From sequence record OM362897.1: a DNA stretch of 64,000 bases. One strand, given 5' to 3'. The DNA comes from Escherichia phage SKA64. The notes under the pieces were generated by a model. It saw only the letters and a program-made list of their open reading frames with translations. It was not told the DNA's origin and ran no database searches. Below, piece by piece: positions 62,485 through 64,000 of the stretch. Within the stretch, counting starts at the first letter, position 1; every line of letters begins with the position of its first letter. A program made the translations under genes and the position numbers.

Positions 62485-63972
62485 TTACACTCCATACTCG
62501 TAAGAAATGTTATCAAGGTCAAAAGAAGGGACAACATTATAAGCAGGAACTATATTATTCTCTGTATATTTACTGTCATCCTCAGTATTAAGTTTAACAT
62601 AAACACGAAGAGAAGTCAAGCGTCCAAAAGCAAGTGCTGCATAAATAACACCTTTGATTTGATCGTTCGTTACTGAAGAACCTAACTCAAAGTAAGCTTG
62701 CAGGTTTTGTAAAGCTTCTACGATGTTTTGTTTTTCTGTTCCACTTAAAGTTGTTCCGTTGACAGTTTGATAAACAAGTTTTACGGAATACGTAGCAGAA
62801 GCACCAGGAGAAAAACGAATAATTTCTTGTCCTCCGTCTTCTGTTGTAACAGTTATGTTGGTTGTTCCATGTGTCAAACTGTTGATTGGTTTAGTTTTGT
62901 AAATAACTTCAGCAACTTCTTCAGCACTCCCTCCATAAACTATAGTCTGGAAAGTCATAGCTGGAGCATGTTCTTGATCATGTAACGTAGGGTTATCATA
63001 AATCTTCACCTTAGTAACACCATCTGTAAGTAGCAGAGCTTTCACAATAGCTGCTCGTGTCCCTGCGTTAGCTTCATCAACGTTGTCATTGAAACGAGAG
63101 CGGAATTCTGCGTCTGTCTCAACATCTCGACCAGGAGAAAATGAATAGAAGTTACCACTGTCAAGATAACCTGTAAAGGTAGAAGATATCCCTGTAATAG
63201 ACTCCACACCAACAGGATTGTATCCTTTCTCTGCTGCAACTACCGGAATCTCACTCCACTTGGTTCCAACCGGAACACTAGCATAAAATTTAATGGGAGT
63301 TACCAGTCCCACTGGCGTATCACTGGTTAAAGAAGTAAAACCAACTGATAAGTTACCCGAATCAGAAAATACAAGACTACGATCAGCTTCTGTTAAATTC
63401 GCCTTGATAAAAGTTTCAAGATCTGTTATAAATGTAGAAGAACCAGGTGCAAGTGTTTTACTGTTTAGTCCTCCGTCTACCGCACTTTGTGCATAAAAAG
63501 TAATATTTGGAACACCTGTAGCAGTTGCATTAGCACGAGAGATTTGATAAGCTGCAATCTTAGCATTCAACATAGTTGGTGTGCTAACATAGTAGTTCAT
63601 ATCACTATCAGAGTTGAAGTAAATATCCGTGCCTAACTCATAAGTCCAAGCTGCTTTGTTATTACTCTTAACATAGGCATAACCTGTACTTGCTGCTGCC
63701 CCTGCTCGATAGAAACCGCGTTTAGAAAAGATTTCGTCAAGATAAATACCTTCTGCACCATCCAGTGTTTGAGTATTATAAACCCCTTGCATACCTTCCC
63801 ACAATGTGTAATCTGTGTATGCAATTATTCTAAACAGTTGTCCGATCACAGTATCTTCCGAAGTGGCTGCATCTGCACCAAATGTGTTTTTTACTGCTGT
63901 CATGTAGTTGTTTAAAACATCGTCAAAAGTCGGGATTACAAATCCCGCATCTGTCAAACCATATTCGTCCAT
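62485..63972 (-). CDS. baseplate J-like protein
   Basis: 495 aa; position and size; internal RDVETDAEFRSRF block as expected for baseplate J-like proteins. Confidence 0.55.
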   Translation of the reverse strand: MDEYGLTDAGFVIPTFDDVLNNYMTAVKNTFGADAATSEDTVIGQLFRIIAYTDYTLWEGMQGVYNTQTLDGAEGIYLDEIFSKRGFYRAGAAASTGYAYVKSNNKAAWTYELGTDIYFNSDSDMNYYVSTPTMLNAKIAAYQISRANATATGVPNITFYAQSAVDGGLNSKTLAPGSSTFITDLETFIKANLTEADRSLVFSDSGNLSVGFTSLTSDTPVGLVTPIKFYASVPVGTKWSEIPVVAAEKGYNPVGVESITGISSTFTGYLDSGNFYSFSPGRDVETDAEFRSRFNDNVDEANAGTRAAIVKALLLTDGVTKVKIYDNPTLHDQEHAPAMTFQTIVYGGSAEEVAEVIYKTKPINSLTHGTTNITVTTEDGGQEIIRFSPGASATYSVKLVYQTVNGTTLSGTEKQNIVEALQNLQAYFELGSSVTNDQIKGVIYAALAFGRLTSLRVYVKLNTEDDSKYTENNIVPAYNVVPSFDLDNISYEYGV

Positions 63973-64000
63973 TAGTCATCCTCTTTGGTAGATTGTGATC

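Noticed and set aside
1-64000. IS elements, integrase or prophage attachment features
   Set aside because: No transposase, integrase or terminal inverted repeats seen; the genome looks lytic.

Overview
64-kb window from a virulent tailed dsDNA phage of an enterobacterial-type host (AT-rich, E. coli-like Shine-Dalgarno sites, no host genes seen). Layout: (i) 1-9130, about 30 tiny minus-strand genes, most preceded by their own sigma70-like promoter plus a conserved GC stem-loop in the 5' leader (PeSL-like cassette, at least 24 copies); (ii) 9540-10300, non-coding region with a consensus promoter, GC-rich structured leader, Fur-box-like palindromes and AT-rich direct repeats (candidate origin or regulatory hub); (iii) 10341-16605, minus-strand operon with a NADAR-domain protein, a Zn-ribbon/GIY-YIG-like protein and an AAA+ ATPase; (iv) 16720-51891, long plus-strand block with small early proteins (one DUF2829/Tad2-like), UvrD-like helicase, class III ribonucleotide reductase NrdD/NrdG, a HAD-PRTase-macro module, a Ter-type cluster (TerC, TerD, vWA/TerY-like, TelA-like candidate), SprT-like protease, SleB-like lysin, four glycosyltransferases, T7-type primase-helicase, DNA methyltransferase, T7-like family A DNA polymerase, a minimal CCA-type nucleotidyltransferase and an SSB; (v) 51955-63972, minus-strand late genes for tail fibres/tailspike, tail-fibre assembly protein and P2-type baseplate proteins. 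Most notable: the phage-borne Ter-like system with adjacent nucleotide-metabolite enzymes, ADP-ribose-related domains (NADAR, macro), the PeSL array, and a perfect 77-bp tandem duplication inside a collagen-like tail-fibre gene. No rRNA, tRNA, CRISPR or IS elements were recognised. All protein calls come from motif recognition by eye, not from database searches; coordinates of features outside the supplied ORF track were derived by hand.
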